A DNA stretch of 64,000 bases from Candidatus Latescibacterota bacterium. Lineage in GTDB: Bacteria; Latescibacterota; UBA2968; UBA8231. Positions 19,863 through 30,190 of the stretch are shown here, in pieces; within the stretch, counting starts at the first letter, position 1, and each line of letters begins with the position of its first letter. The position numbers and the translations under genes were made by a program. The notes beneath the pieces were generated by a model that saw nothing but the letters and a program-made list of their open reading frames with translations, ran no database searches and was not told where the DNA came from. The stretch spans positions 3,008,001-3,072,000 of the forward strand of contig OZ253462.1 of NCBI GenBank assembly GCA_965261395.1, written 5' to 3'.

Positions 19863-20666
19863 ATGCAAAGCAAAAAAGCCGCCAAGTCGGCGAAGATGAA
19901 GAAGAAGGACTACGAGCGCGAATTGGCCAAGTTGCACCACGAGTTGGTCAAGTTGCAGCACTGGATCAAGGATCAGGGCTTGCGGGTCGTAATTGTCTTT
20001 GAGGGGCGCGACACGGCTGGCAAAGGCGGGGTCATCAAGCGCGTCACCGAGCCGCTCAATCCGCGCGGCGCGCGCGTGGTGGCTTTGGGCACGCCGTCGG
20101 ACCGCGAGCGCACCCAGTGGTACTTCCAGCGCTACGTGACCCACCTGCCGACCGCGGGCGAGATCGTGGTCTTCGACCGCAGTTGGTACAACCGCAGCGG
20201 TGTCGAACGGGTGTTAGGTTTTTGCACCGAGGAGGAGTATTGGGAGTTTCTCCACTCGTGCCCGGAGTTTGAGCGCATGCTAGTGCGCTCGGGGATCATC
20301 CTGCTCAAGTACTGGCTCTCGGTGAGTGAGGAAGAGCAAGAAAGCCGCTTTCAGGAGCGCGCCCGGAATCCGCTCAAGCGCTGGAAGCTCAGCGATATAG
20401 ACCTCAAGTCACGGAACCTGTGGGTCGCGTACTCCAAGGCCAAAGACGAGGCGTTTTTCTACACAGACATTCCCGAAGCGCCTTGGTACACGGTCGAAGC
20501 CGACGACAAGCGTCGGGCGCGTCTCAATTGCATTGCGCACATCCTCAGCCAACTGCCCTACAAGGATGTAATGCCAAAAAAGGTCAAGCTACCGCCGCGC
20601 CCGCCCCACGGCGAGTACCAGCGCCCGCCGCAGAGCAAGTTGCACTTTGTCGATGAGAAGTACTGA
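19863..20666 (+). CDS. ppk2: Polyphosphate kinase 2
   Basis: FEGRDTAGKGG, QWYFQRY, FDRSWYNR, DKRRARLNCI. Confidence 0.96.
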   Translation: MQSKKAAKSAKMKKKDYERELAKLHHELVKLQHWIKDQGLRVVIVFEGRDTAGKGGVIKRVTEPLNPRGARVVALGTPSDRERTQWYFQRYVTHLPTAGEIVVFDRSWYNRSGVERVLGFCTEEEYWEFLHSCPEFERMLVRSGIILLKYWLSVSEEEQESRFQERARNPLKRWKLSDIDLKSRNLWVAYSKAKDEAFFYTDIPEAPWYTVEADDKRRARLNCIAHILSQLPYKDVMPKKVKLPPRPPHGEYQRPPQSKLHFVDEKY

Positions 20667-20705
20667 AAAGCGATTTTGCAACTTGCCCGAGTGCAAGCGA
20701 TTACC

Positions 20706-22343
20706 ATGACAGCATCCCCCAAAAAAAGGAAGGCTGCTCCCAACAAATCTGAGTCTCAGGTTCGCAAAGCGGACTTAGGCATGCGCATAGTCGAGTTATT
20801 GGAAGCGCCTCGGGCGCAGTGCGGTATTCTCCTCTTTATTGTCGCAGCGGCATTTCTCTTGGGGGTCTGGACCTTCGACCCCAAACTGTCCCTGAGCGGC
20901 GATAACGCCGAATTCATCACGCTGGCGCGCAGTCTGGCCCAAGGCGAGGGGCTTTTGCACATCAACTCGCCCGATCCGCAGCCAGCAACCAAGTACCCTT
21001 TTGGCTTCCCCCTTTTGCTGGCTCCGTTGGTGTGGGCTTTCCCCGGCGATTGGGTGCCGATGAAGGCTTGGGTGCTGGTGCTCTTTGCACTGGGGATGGG
21101 GATGCTCTACCAATTGGCCAAGGAGCGGATGGGCGTCTTGCCCGGCTTGGTGGTGGTGACGCTGAGCGTTGTACTCGGCAAGAGCTATTTGACGCATGGA
21201 CCGACCGGTGCAGCCTACGGCCCGCTACTTCTGCACTACGCACACCAAGTCATGTCCGAAGTGCCCTATTTGACCTTTTCGCTTTTGGCGCTGTGGCTCG
21301 TCGAACGGGGCGTCGGGCGCGAGGGCCTCAAGGGAAATTGGTGGCTCGTCGGTGGGTTCGCCTGCACCATTTGGGCGTACTACATCCGCACAGTTGGGAT
21401 CGCGCTAGTGGCGGCTGTGGTGGTCTATCTGTTGCTCCGACGCGATTTCCGGCGGTGTTTGCTCTTTGGCGGCGCGGCGTTTGTCTGCTGGCTGCCGTGG
21501 ACCTTGCGCAATCAGGCGGTGGGCGGCGGTAGCGTTTATATCAAGCAGCTCTTCATGGTCAATCCCTACCACCCAGAGCGGGGTCTGCTCGATATAGGCG
21601 GCTTTGTCGAGCGCTTTATCGGCCATGCGTATCGCTATCTGACGCGGGAATTGCCCAATACCTTGGTGCCTTTTTTTGACGGCACCGGGACGATCCTGCA
21701 TCCCGCCCCCTTGTTGCTGATCGCGCTTGCCGTTGCCGCGACGGTGCTCTGCATTAAGCGCGGCGAACACCTGCTGCTCCTGCTCTACGCGGCGTTTTTC
21801 ATGGGTATCGTATTGCTCTGGCCTTGGCCGGGGGACCGCTTTCTGGTGCCTATTGTGCCGGTGCTGGTCTTATTGGGGGTCTGGGTTGTTTTGCAAATTC
21901 GCGATAGACTGGCTGGAGGCAATGTGGGCAAGTTGGTGGTATGGGGCTGCTTCCTCGCCTGCGTCATCGGCCAAGTCGGCGGCGTCAAACGCCTAGCCGA
22001 CTACGCCGCCGCCGACTACCCCCCGCCTTGGCTGCGCTACTATCAGGCGGGTCAATGGCTCAAAGCCAACGCGCCGGCAGACGCCATCGTGCTGTGCCGC
22101 AAGGGCTACTGGATGTACATCGTCTCGGGCCGGCGCTGCGTCGGCTTCCCCTTTGACGAGCCGGCAAAAGTGCTGGCCCATATGGAGCGCGAAAAGGTAG
22201 AGTACGTCGTGCTGGAGAGCCTCGGTTTTCCGCAGACTGGGCAGTACCTGTACCCAGCTATCGAGGAGTACGAGAGCCGCTTTCAGGTGGTGTGGCACGA
22301 CCCGGTGGTGCCGACGTTTGTGCTGCGTTTCCTCAAGCAATAG
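20706..22343 (+). CDS. GT-C fold membrane glycosyltransferase (ArnT/PMT-like)
   Basis: GDNAEFITLARSLAQG, KYPFGFPLLL, MSEVPY, many TM helices, RFLVPIVP. Confidence 0.75.
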   Translation: MTASPKKRKAAPNKSESQVRKADLGMRIVELLEAPRAQCGILLFIVAAAFLLGVWTFDPKLSLSGDNAEFITLARSLAQGEGLLHINSPDPQPATKYPFGFPLLLAPLVWAFPGDWVPMKAWVLVLFALGMGMLYQLAKERMGVLPGLVVVTLSVVLGKSYLTHGPTGAAYGPLLLHYAHQVMSEVPYLTFSLLALWLVERGVGREGLKGNWWLVGGFACTIWAYYIRTVGIALVAAVVVYLLLRRDFRRCLLFGGAAFVCWLPWTLRNQAVGGGSVYIKQLFMVNPYHPERGLLDIGGFVERFIGHAYRYLTRELPNTLVPFFDGTGTILHPAPLLLIALAVAATVLCIKRGEHLLLLLYAAFFMGIVLLWPWPGDRFLVPIVPVLVLLGVWVVLQIRDRLAGGNVGKLVVWGCFLACVIGQVGGVKRLADYAAADYPPPWLRYYQAGQWLKANAPADAIVLCRKGYWMYIVSGRRCVGFPFDEPAKVLAHMEREKVEYVVLESLGFPQTGQYLYPAIEEYESRFQVVWHDPVVPTFVLRFLKQ

Positions 22344-22355
22344 GTCATTTTCTCT

Positions 22356-24479
22356 ATGGATCACACTGATGAGTTACCTGTCGCGAAGGGTCGTTACGGC
22401 TGCTACAAGCGGCTGGCGGCCTGTCTGCTGAACGCCGGGCTGGCCGCATGGGCGGAGCCGGTGGCCGCGGAGTCAAACCCGTGCGCCAACGGTATCGTCG
22501 TATCGGAGCCGCAGGACCATCCCGGCTTGGTGGCCAACTGCGAGGTGCTCTTGGGCCTACGCGACCACTTGGCCGGCGACCGCGGCTTAAACTGGAGCGC
22601 AGACATACCCATTACTCAGTGGGACGGTATCGAGGTCGGCGATTCTGGTGTCAAAACGTTGGAACTCGGCGACAACGAGTTGACGGGTGTGGTCCCACCC
22701 GAATTGGGCCATCTGAGCCAACTGCAGTGGTTGAGCCTCTACGACAACAGGTTGACCGGCTCGATTCCACCCGAGTTGGGTCGTCTGAGCCAACTGGAGT
22801 GGTTGGACCTTAGCGGCAATGTGCTGATCGGCTCGATTCCACCCGAGTTGGGTCGTCTGAGCCAACTGGAGTGGTTGGACCTTAGCGGCAATGTGCTGAT
22901 CGGCTCGATTCCACCCGGACTGAGCCAACTGATAGCCCTGCGAGGGCTGTATCTCTACGGCAACCAGTTGATCGGCTCGATTCCACTCGAACTGAGCCAA
23001 CTGACAGCTCTGCGGGGGCTGCGCCTCGACAACAATGGGTTGACGGGTGTGATTCCACCCGCATTGGGTCGTCTGACAGAGCTGGAGGAGTTGAACCTCG
23101 ACGGCAACGCGCTGATAGGATGTGCACCGGAGACATTGGCCAGATGGGTCAACGATCTGCCGGTTTGCTCCCAAGTCTCGAAATCATTCGATGCGGCTGT
23201 TAGCGGGGTGACGGCCACTGTCCTGGGCGATGCGATCGAGCACTTAATTGTTGAGTTTGCACGTACCATCATCGGCCGCCAACCCGACTACGCTTGGATC
23301 GGTGTCACCGACGAGTTCGGACAGCTAGAACTGATCATCTCCAGTGAGGCTCCGGTGAGCGGCTACTATCAAGCCCGGGCTCGCAACGCCGATGGCGAGG
23401 TGGTGGGCCAGTGGCACAGCATTTTTCTCGACCAGGACCGGCACCAGAGCTTGGAGTTGACCTTAGGCGGCGGTGTGCAAGTGGTAGCCAGCCAAGTGCT
23501 GGCCAGAGGGGCCGAATTGATTGCCCACTACCCCTTCAATGGCAATGCCCGGGACGCCAGCGGAAACGAGTATCACGGTATCCTGTCAGGTCCCGTACCT
23601 ACAAGAGACCGCTTCGGCAACGAAGCTGGTGCGATTCTCTTCAACGGGACCAACCATCGCATCAACCTTCCACGCGAAGTGCTCAATGGCCGGACGGACG
23701 TGAGCGTCGCGTTCTGGTTGAAAACCTCCAAGACCGGCGCACAATCCATCGTCGGCGGTGCCAACCAGAAAAACGAAAACGAATATCTTATCTACTTCTT
23801 GAACAAAAGCCAGTTACTCTTCTATTCGCATGGGTCCGGACCTGGAATCCATGATGGACGGTGTGATGTAACAATCCAATCGATTGCCGACGGGAACTGG
23901 CATCACGTTGCCGTGGTTCGCAACGCTTCGCTGGGCCATGCCGACTTTTTTGTAGATGGCACGGGCTATGCCAATCGCTGTGGGGACTTGGTGTACAACA
24001 TGCTCGTGGTTGATGCGGGCGGGCTCATCATTGGTCAAGAACAAGATCAGGTCGGTGGCGGTTTCGACGCGACTCAGGTTCTCAGGGGCGCGTTGGACGA
24101 CCTCAGAATATACGATGGGATATTGTCGGCCATTGAGGTGCAGGCTCTCATGCGTGAAAGCGATCCAAACGATCCCGGTGCGGCCAAGGAGGTGACCTCG
24201 GTCGCCAGCGGCCTATATCCCAATGTCCCCAATCCCTTCAACGCCAGCACCCAGATCGCCTACCGCTTGGCCACCCCCGGCCCGGTGCGACTGGAGATCT
24301 ACAATATGCTGGGCCAGCCGGTGCGTACACTGGTGGATGAGTTCCAGGTCGCCGGCTTCCATCAGGTCCACTGGGACGCCCGTGACCAGCGGGGCTTTGC
24401 AGTCGCGGCGGGCGTCTATATCAGCCGTCTGCACTACCCCGGCGGAGTCCAGACCCGGCGGTTGCTCTTACTCAAATAG
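22356..24479 (+). CDS. Secreted modular protein: plant-type LRRs, an unknown domain, a LamG/pentraxin-like domain and an FlgD-Ig C-terminal domain
   Basis: LxxLxLxxNxLxGxIPxxLxxL 24-aa repeats; YPFNGNARD, WHHVAVV, GQEQD..GGGFD; PNPFNAST...IYNMLGQ...WDARD...GVY. Confidence 0.88.
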   Translation: MDHTDELPVAKGRYGCYKRLAACLLNAGLAAWAEPVAAESNPCANGIVVSEPQDHPGLVANCEVLLGLRDHLAGDRGLNWSADIPITQWDGIEVGDSGVKTLELGDNELTGVVPPELGHLSQLQWLSLYDNRLTGSIPPELGRLSQLEWLDLSGNVLIGSIPPELGRLSQLEWLDLSGNVLIGSIPPGLSQLIALRGLYLYGNQLIGSIPLELSQLTALRGLRLDNNGLTGVIPPALGRLTELEELNLDGNALIGCAPETLARWVNDLPVCSQVSKSFDAAVSGVTATVLGDAIEHLIVEFARTIIGRQPDYAWIGVTDEFGQLELIISSEAPVSGYYQARARNADGEVVGQWHSIFLDQDRHQSLELTLGGGVQVVASQVLARGAELIAHYPFNGNARDASGNEYHGILSGPVPTRDRFGNEAGAILFNGTNHRINLPREVLNGRTDVSVAFWLKTSKTGAQSIVGGANQKNENEYLIYFLNKSQLLFYSHGSGPGIHDGRCDVTIQSIADGNWHHVAVVRNASLGHADFFVDGTGYANRCGDLVYNMLVVDAGGLIIGQEQDQVGGGFDATQVLRGALDDLRIYDGILSAIEVQALMRESDPNDPGAAKEVTSVASGLYPNVPNPFNASTQIAYRLATPGPVRLEIYNMLGQPVRTLVDEFQVAGFHQVHWDARDQRGFAVAAGVYISRLHYPGGVQTRRLLLLK
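22757..22917 (+). repeat. Exact 72-bp tandem duplication (about 2.2 copies), one LRR per unit
   Basis: Units start at 22757, 22829 and 22901 with CGGCTCGATTCCACCCG; the first two are identical. Confidence 0.95.
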
Positions 24480-24511
24480 CCCGGAGCGTGGGTCGAAGCA
24501 TAGAGGTCATT

Positions 24512-25585
24512 TCATTCCCTAGCGGCTTCCCGCTCTTGAGCGGCCTCCACCAATTCCCGCATCGTCCGCTCGATGTCGTATTCGCATTCCCATTGGGGAT
24601 AGTGCGCTTGGAACTTGCGCACGTCGCTGATCCACCAGATGTGATCGCCCCTGCGAGCATCGTCCGCGAGCGCGTAGTCGAGCGACCGGCCCGCGAGGTG
24701 CTGCGCGGTTTCAATGGCCTCTAGCACGGAGACGTTGGCGCGGTGCCCACCGCCCATATTGTACACTTCGCCGGCGCGGGGATTTTGGCAGAAGTGCCAG
24801 AAGGCTGAGACGAGGTCGCGGCTGTGGATGTTGTCGCGCACCTGTTTGCCTTTGTAGCCGAAGATGGTGTAGGGCTTCCCGGTGACCACGCATTTGACTA
24901 GGTAGCCCAAAAAGCCGTGCAGTTCGGCGGCCGAATGGGCCGGGCCGGTTAGACAGCCGCCGCGAAAGACGGCGGTCTTGAGACCGAAGTAGCGGCCGTA
25001 TTCTTGGGTCAGGATGTCACCGGCGAGCTTGGATGCGCCGAAGAGGCTATGCTGGCACTGGTCGATGCGCAGGCTCTCGTCGATGCCGAACTCGCGGAAG
25101 GGGTGCGCTGCGTCGAGTTCATAGCGGGTCGCGCATTCCACCAAGGGCAGTTCGTTGGGCGCGTCGCCGTACACCTTGTTGGTGCTGGCGAAGATGAAAA
25201 CCGCGTCCGGACAGCAGCGGCGCGTGGCTTCCAACAGGTGGAGGGTGCCGTTGGCATTGATCGCAAAGTCCGTAAGCGGCTCGCGGGCTGCCCAGTCGTG
25301 CGAGGGTTGCGCCGCCGCGTGGATTACCAGCGCGATGGCCTTGCCGCATTCGGCAAACAGCGCGTTCACACCTTCCACGTCGCGGATGTCGAGATCGCGA
25401 TGTCGGTAGTTGGGCAATTCCTTTTCGAGCTGGGCGCGGTTCCAAGCGGTCGAGCCGTCCGCGCCGAAAAAGTACTGCCGCATGTTGTTATCCACGCCGA
25501 CGATGTCAAAGCCGCGCTCGTGCATGAAGCGGGCCGCCTCGCTGCCGACGAGACCCGCCGAGCCGGTGATCAGGGCGATGCTCAA
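24512..25585 (-). CDS. NAD-dependent epimerase/dehydratase (CDP-paratose 2-epimerase-like)
   Basis: [41 protein letters not shown]. Confidence 0.9.
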   Translation of the reverse strand: MSIALITGSAGLVGSEAARFMHERGFDIVGVDNNMRQYFFGADGSTAWNRAQLEKELPNYRHRDLDIRDVEGVNALFAECGKAIALVIHAAAQPSHDWAAREPLTDFAINANGTLHLLEATRRCCPDAVFIFASTNKVYGDAPNELPLVECATRYELDAAHPFREFGIDESLRIDQCQHSLFGASKLAGDILTQEYGRYFGLKTAVFRGGCLTGPAHSAAELHGFLGYLVKCVVTGKPYTIFGYKGKQVRDNIHSRDLVSAFWHFCQNPRAGEVYNMGGGHRANVSVLEAIETAQHLAGRSLDYALADDARRGDHIWWISDVRKFQAHYPQWECEYDIERTMRELVEAAQEREAARE

Positions 25586-25644
25586 TGGAACAGTCTCCTT
25601 GTGGTACTCGTTTTATTCAGTGACCGCACGGCCAGTACAACGTT

Positions 25645-26715
25645 TTACTCGCTGACCGTAAGGTTAGTGAACATCGGGCGGACCAGATCGCCGTTGTCCA
25701 CCAGCCAAGTGTGGATGTCACCGACGATGTTTCGTGCAGTCTTTTGCGGGGTCCAGCCAAAGGCCGCCTGCGCCTTGGCATTGTCCGTGACGTAATAGGG
25801 GATGTCGGTCGGCTGGGTCTCAGGGACCGAGCCGATGGCGAGGGTGCGGCCCGTGGCCTCTTGGCAGAGCCGGGTGTATTCCACCAGCGAGGTCGAGCTG
25901 GCGAGGCCACCGCCGACGTTGAACACGTCGCCCGTCCACGCGGCTGGACAGGCCACTTGCGCCTCTAACAGGGGGAAGAGATCGTCCGGGTGCAAGAGGT
26001 CGCGCACTTGCTTGCCACGTCCGCCGAACCCCATGTAGCGCAGCCCCAACCCAAAGTAGTGGCCGGCGACCCACAGGGCGTACACGCCCTGATCGGCTCG
26101 GCCCCACTGGCCCGGTCCGGCGATGACGCCGCAGCGGTTGATCAGGGTATTCAGGCCATAGGCAGCGCAGTACTCTTGGACGAAGAGTTCGGAAGCCAAT
26201 TTGGTCGCGCCATACAGCGAGCGGTGACCGGAGGTGGCAAACGACTCGCCGATGCCCGCGGCCGACAGTCCCGCTGGCTGAGGGTCTTTTGGGTTGAGGC
26301 TAAAGCGCGTCTCCTCTTCGCGCAGGGGTAAGCTCCGAAGTGTGGGCAGCGAATAGACCCGCGAGGTGGAGAGGAAGAGCAAAGCACCAGCGCGCCGACG
26401 CGCCCACTCCAAGCAGTTGAGAGTGCCCTTGAGGTTGGTGTCGATCGCGTTGGTATCCGCGTGGACTGAAGGCTCGGCCGCCGCGTCGATGAGCAGGTCG
26501 AAGGTGCCTGTCAGCGATTCCAAATCGCGGGGAAAGCGCACGTCGCCGTGGATGAACTCTATGTTGTGCGCCCTGAAGTCGGCCAAGTTCAGCTCGGACC
26601 CGCGCCGGCTGAGGTTGTCGAAGGCGACGATGCGCCGGTTGGGGTAGTGCTGGCGGTAGCGGCGTGCCAAGCTCGCGCCGACAAAACCCGCGCCGCCGGC
26701 AATGCACAAGCTCAC
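25645..26715 (-). CDS. NAD-dependent epimerase/dehydratase, second CDP-paratose epimerase-like gene
   Basis: GGAGFVG, STSRVY, YGATK, GKQVRDLLH. Confidence 0.9.
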   Translation of the reverse strand: MSLCIAGGAGFVGASLARRYRQHYPNRRIVAFDNLSRRGSELNLADFRAHNIEFIHGDVRFPRDLESLTGTFDLLIDAAAEPSVHADTNAIDTNLKGTLNCLEWARRRAGALLFLSTSRVYSLPTLRSLPLREEETRFSLNPKDPQPAGLSAAGIGESFATSGHRSLYGATKLASELFVQEYCAAYGLNTLINRCGVIAGPGQWGRADQGVYALWVAGHYFGLGLRYMGFGGRGKQVRDLLHPDDLFPLLEAQVACPAAWTGDVFNVGGGLASSTSLVEYTRLCQEATGRTLAIGSVPETQPTDIPYYVTDNAKAQAAFGWTPQKTARNIVGDIHTWLVDNGDLVRPMFTNLTVSE

Positions 26716-27695
26716 GGCAGCGGGGCGTCGTCGCGGACTAAGCCCTCGTCGCGGAGTTCAGCCCAAAACGGCGGGGGAATCTCCCGAGTGAGCAAGTCGA
26801 AATTCTCTTGCACGCGCTCGGGCTGCCGCGTCCCGGGGATGATGCAGGTGATGGCCGGATGGGCGAAGACAAATTGCGAGGCCGCGGCCCGCAGATCGAC
26901 TTGGTGGCAAGCGGCCACGGCCTCTAAGGACTTGGCCCTAGCGGCGATTTCGGGTGGCGCTTCCCGGTAGTTGTAGGTCGCGCCCGGGCGCGCGCCTTTG
27001 GCCAAGATGCCGCTGTTGTACGTGCCGCCGGCCATGATGCCGATGTTCTTTTCCACGCACAGCGGCAAGAGTTCGTCGAGGGAGCCTTGGTCGAGCAAGC
27101 TGTAGCGTCCGGCGAGGAGGAAGCAGTCGAAATCGCCCTCGCGGGCAAAGCGGGCCAGCATTTCCCATTGGTTCATGCCCGCACTGACGGCTTGGATGAC
27201 GCCCTCGCTGCGCAGCTTGTCGAGCGCGGGGTAAGCACCGTCAATGGCTTCCTGCCAGTGGTTGTCCGGGTCGTGAATGTGGAGGATGTCGATGCGATCT
27301 ACGCCTAGGCGTTTGAGGCTGTCTTCAAACGAGCGCATGACGCCGTCGTAGCTGAAGTCGAACACGGGTTGGTACGGGGCCGGGTCGTCGAACGCGCCCA
27401 CCTGTTGGTCTTGCTCGGTGGGGACCAAGACGCGTCCCACTTTGGACGCGAGCACATAGCTGTCGCGTGGCACGCCCACGAGGGCCTGCCCGAGACGGAT
27501 TTCGCTTTTGCCCGCCCCGTACAGCGGTGCGGTGTCTAAGAGGTTCAGCCCCAAAGACAGGGCGCGGTGCACGACGGAGACGGCTTGGTCGTCTGGTATG
27601 TCGCCGTAGAGGCCGCCGATAGAGGCGCAGCCCAAGCCGAGGCGGGTGACGCGCAGGCCGCTGCTGCCGAGGGTGATTTTTTCGAGTGGATTCAT
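26712..27695 (-). CDS. Aldo/keto reductase (D-threo-aldose/L-fucose dehydrogenase-like)
   Basis: DTAPLYGAGKSE, SKVGR, FDFSYDGVMRS, HDPD, LAGRYSLL; SD AAGGAG before ATG 27695. Confidence 0.9.
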   Translation of the reverse strand: MNPLEKITLGSSGLRVTRLGLGCASIGGLYGDIPDDQAVSVVHRALSLGLNLLDTAPLYGAGKSEIRLGQALVGVPRDSYVLASKVGRVLVPTEQDQQVGAFDDPAPYQPVFDFSYDGVMRSFEDSLKRLGVDRIDILHIHDPDNHWQEAIDGAYPALDKLRSEGVIQAVSAGMNQWEMLARFAREGDFDCFLLAGRYSLLDQGSLDELLPLCVEKNIGIMAGGTYNSGILAKGARPGATYNYREAPPEIAARAKSLEAVAACHQVDLRAAASQFVFAHPAITCIIPGTRQPERVQENFDLLTREIPPPFWAELRDEGLVRDDAPLP

Positions 27696-27785
27696 GGCGT
27701 GCTCCTTAATGAGATGGCTTCTAGTGGAAAAACAAAACATAGGCTAAACCACCCGGTGCAAAAAGCCCGTCCCCTTAGGGTCTGC

Positions 27786-27814
27786 TTGACGCTCACAGGG
27801 GCATGACGTACATT
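27786..27814 (+). promoter_or_regulatory. Putative sigma70 promoter TTGACG-N17-TACATT
   Basis: Near-consensus with ideal spacing in a divergent intergenic gap. Confidence 0.6.
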
Positions 27815-27859
27815 AAGCGCCCTTTGTAAATGCCTCAGAACTCCTTGAATATAAAAGAG

Positions 27860-29293
27860 ATGTGTCAATTTAAGGCCAAGCTGCTGGTGCTGCTAATGTT
27901 GGCCGGGTGCACGGCCACCGAGGAGCCGCCGCAAGAAGCAATCCGCAGCGAGCGGCCGGCCTTGGCCGAGTGGCAGTGGGCCGATGGCGAGATGCCTTGG
28001 AACACTTGGGACGAGTCGTTGTTCGCACGCGCCCAACGCGAAGACAATCCCATATTGGTGTATTTGGCCGCCCCAGGATGCGAGGGCCTGTTTCCCGCGC
28101 CAACGCCGGCGTTGCGTCAACTAGTCGCCGAGAAATTTGTCAGCGTGCAGGTCGATCCATTCAAGCGGCCGGACATTGCTCGGCACTACGACAGCGGTGG
28201 TTGGCCGGCCTTAGTGGTGACCCTGCCGGACGGACAGGTTTTCGCGCGGGCCGTGGATATTCCGCCAGCCAATGTCGAGCCTTATCTGCGCCGGTTGCGC
28301 ATGGCCTACGAGGAAAAACGCGCGGTGCTCGTCGCCAAGGTGCAGCGCGCCGCCGCCCGTCCCGAGGTTGAGGGGCCCTTTGCAATAGATGACGTTTACC
28401 GTGCGTGCGCGGCCGCCTTTGACTCGGCCCACGGCGGTTTCGGCGGCCCGACCAAGTTTCTCGAGACTTCGGTATTGCGCTTCCTGCTCGTCTATGCCGA
28501 GGCGCGGGATGCAGCGCCGGCGCGGCAGATGGCCTTGGCCAGCTTGGACGCGGTGCTCGCCTCGCCGCTCGGCGATAGCGGTGGTTTTCGCGCGTACTCA
28601 TACTCGCCGGATTGGAGCGCACCCGCCAGCGAGCGGGACGCCCTCGATCAGGCGGCCATGCTGCATCTATTGCTGGAGGCCGACCAGTCCCGCTACACCG
28701 AGTCGGCCAGAGCACTACTCGGCTTTGTCGAGGGCACGCTCTTCGACAAAGCCGAGGGTGCGTTCCGCGGCCGCCAAGTCATGGCCGACACTTGGTGGAC
28801 CGACCCCACGCTCTACGCCGACCGCCAGGCGGCCCTGATACGAGCCTATCTCGCCGCTGCCGCTGCCCTAGGCGACGAACGCGCCGCCCAGGTGTCCCTG
28901 CAAGCCGGGGACGCACTCATCAACCGCTGTATTGACGGCCGCGGTCGGGTGCGGCACGTCTGCGACTCAGAGGCCGAGGGCAGTGCCGGCCTACTGGTCG
29001 ATCAATCCTTGGTGGCATTGGCTCTATGGGAGTTGGGCGAGTGGAGTGGGGAGGTGAGGTTTGCCACGGCCGCCGAGCAGGTCGCGCACTTTATGGAGCA
29101 ATCATACGATCACCCCGCGGCCCTCGGCCCGCTGTCGCACCGCGGCAACGCCCTCGCCCTCCAGCTCTACGGGCGACAGGGCCGTGCCGAGCGGGTGGTC
29201 GCCTTGGCCGGCGAGCCGCGCTTGGCGCAGGCGCCCGGCCGAGCGCATAGCTCGTGGGCGCGGGCGTTGCTGCTCTACGGCCCGCCGCTATGA
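27860..29293 (+). CDS. DUF255/YyaL-like lipoprotein (thioredoxin-like plus helical domain), divergent
   Basis: Lipobox LAGC; W..W....FARA, VD...RPDIA..Y..GGWP, FD..HGGFGG..KF. Confidence 0.72.
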   Translation: MCQFKAKLLVLLMLAGCTATEEPPQEAIRSERPALAEWQWADGEMPWNTWDESLFARAQREDNPILVYLAAPGCEGLFPAPTPALRQLVAEKFVSVQVDPFKRPDIARHYDSGGWPALVVTLPDGQVFARAVDIPPANVEPYLRRLRMAYEEKRAVLVAKVQRAAARPEVEGPFAIDDVYRACAAAFDSAHGGFGGPTKFLETSVLRFLLVYAEARDAAPARQMALASLDAVLASPLGDSGGFRAYSYSPDWSAPASERDALDQAAMLHLLLEADQSRYTESARALLGFVEGTLFDKAEGAFRGRQVMADTWWTDPTLYADRQAALIRAYLAAAAALGDERAAQVSLQAGDALINRCIDGRGRVRHVCDSEAEGSAGLLVDQSLVALALWELGEWSGEVRFATAAEQVAHFMEQSYDHPAALGPLSHRGNALALQLYGRQGRAERVVALAGEPRLAQAPGRAHSSWARALLLYGPPL

Positions 29294-30189
29294 GAATTTT
29301 GGTAACAGGTGCCACCGGCTTTTTGGGCCGCACTTTGCTCTCCTTGGAAGGGGAAGCCGAGTGGATGGGCTGCGGTCGCCGGCCCACCGCCGAGGGCATT
29401 TCTTATCGCCAAGTCGATCTAGCCGACCGCAAGGCCGTGACCGCACTCGTCGCCGAGCTGGCTCCGGATTGGGTGATCAACGCCGCGGCCATGACCGATG
29501 TCGATGGTTGCGAAAAAGACGCGCGGGCCGCGCGGCAAGCCAACGTCGATATTCCCGAGACCTTGGCCGTGGCTTGCGCTGCGATCGGTGCCGGCTTGGT
29601 CCATATTTCCACGGATTACGTCTTTGACGGCAAGCGTGGCCCCTACGGCGAAGGGGATGCAGCCAATCCGCTGTCTTGCTACGGCCAACTCAAGCTCGAA
29701 AGCGAGGGCATATTAAAGAGAATGGAGCGCGTGCTAGTGGTGCGGACCCTGTGGCTATACGGATATGTTCCGCAGGCTGGGTCCAACTTCCTCACTTGGG
29801 TGCTGCGAGGGCTGTCTGGCGCCCAGCCGCTACGGGTTTTTGCCGATCAGTGGGGCAACCCGACCTACATCCGCGATTTGGCCCGCGCCTTGGTGTCCCT
29901 GTGCAGCAAAGAGGCGCGGGGTTTGTTTCACGCAGGTGGTGCGACCTTTATGACGCGCTGGGAAATGGCGTGGGAACTAGCCTGTTTTTTTGGAATCGAC
30001 GGCGCGTTGATCGAACCCGTGCCGACCCGTGCAGCCGGGCTACCAGCCGAGCGCCCCCTGCGCTCTGGTCTGCGCACCGACGCGCTGGAAGCTGCGCTCG
30101 GTCGCCGGCCCCTGAGCTTTGCCGAGGGGCTACAACATCTCGCTGCGGACCCGCATTTTCGCCGCGACTTCCCCCAATTTGCCCGCTAG
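29290..30189 (+). CDS. dTDP-4-dehydrorhamnose reductase family SDR (RmlD-like)
   Basis: ILVTGATGFLG, AAMTDVDGCE, HISTDYVFDG, YGQLK, DQWGNPT. Confidence 0.9.
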   Translation: MRILVTGATGFLGRTLLSLEGEAEWMGCGRRPTAEGISYRQVDLADRKAVTALVAELAPDWVINAAAMTDVDGCEKDARAARQANVDIPETLAVACAAIGAGLVHISTDYVFDGKRGPYGEGDAANPLSCYGQLKLESEGILKRMERVLVVRTLWLYGYVPQAGSNFLTWVLRGLSGAQPLRVFADQWGNPTYIRDLARALVSLCSKEARGLFHAGGATFMTRWEMAWELACFFGIDGALIEPVPTRAAGLPAERPLRSGLRTDALEAALGRRPLSFAEGLQHLAADPHFRRDFPQFAR

Positions 30190-30190
30190 C

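Noticed and set aside
22757-22917. Repeats as a CRISPR array
   Set aside because: No unique spacers, in-frame coding LRR units, and no cas genes
24512-26715. Tandem epimerase paralogs as a novel system
   Set aside because: Paired CDP-paratose epimerase-like genes are a familiar arrangement
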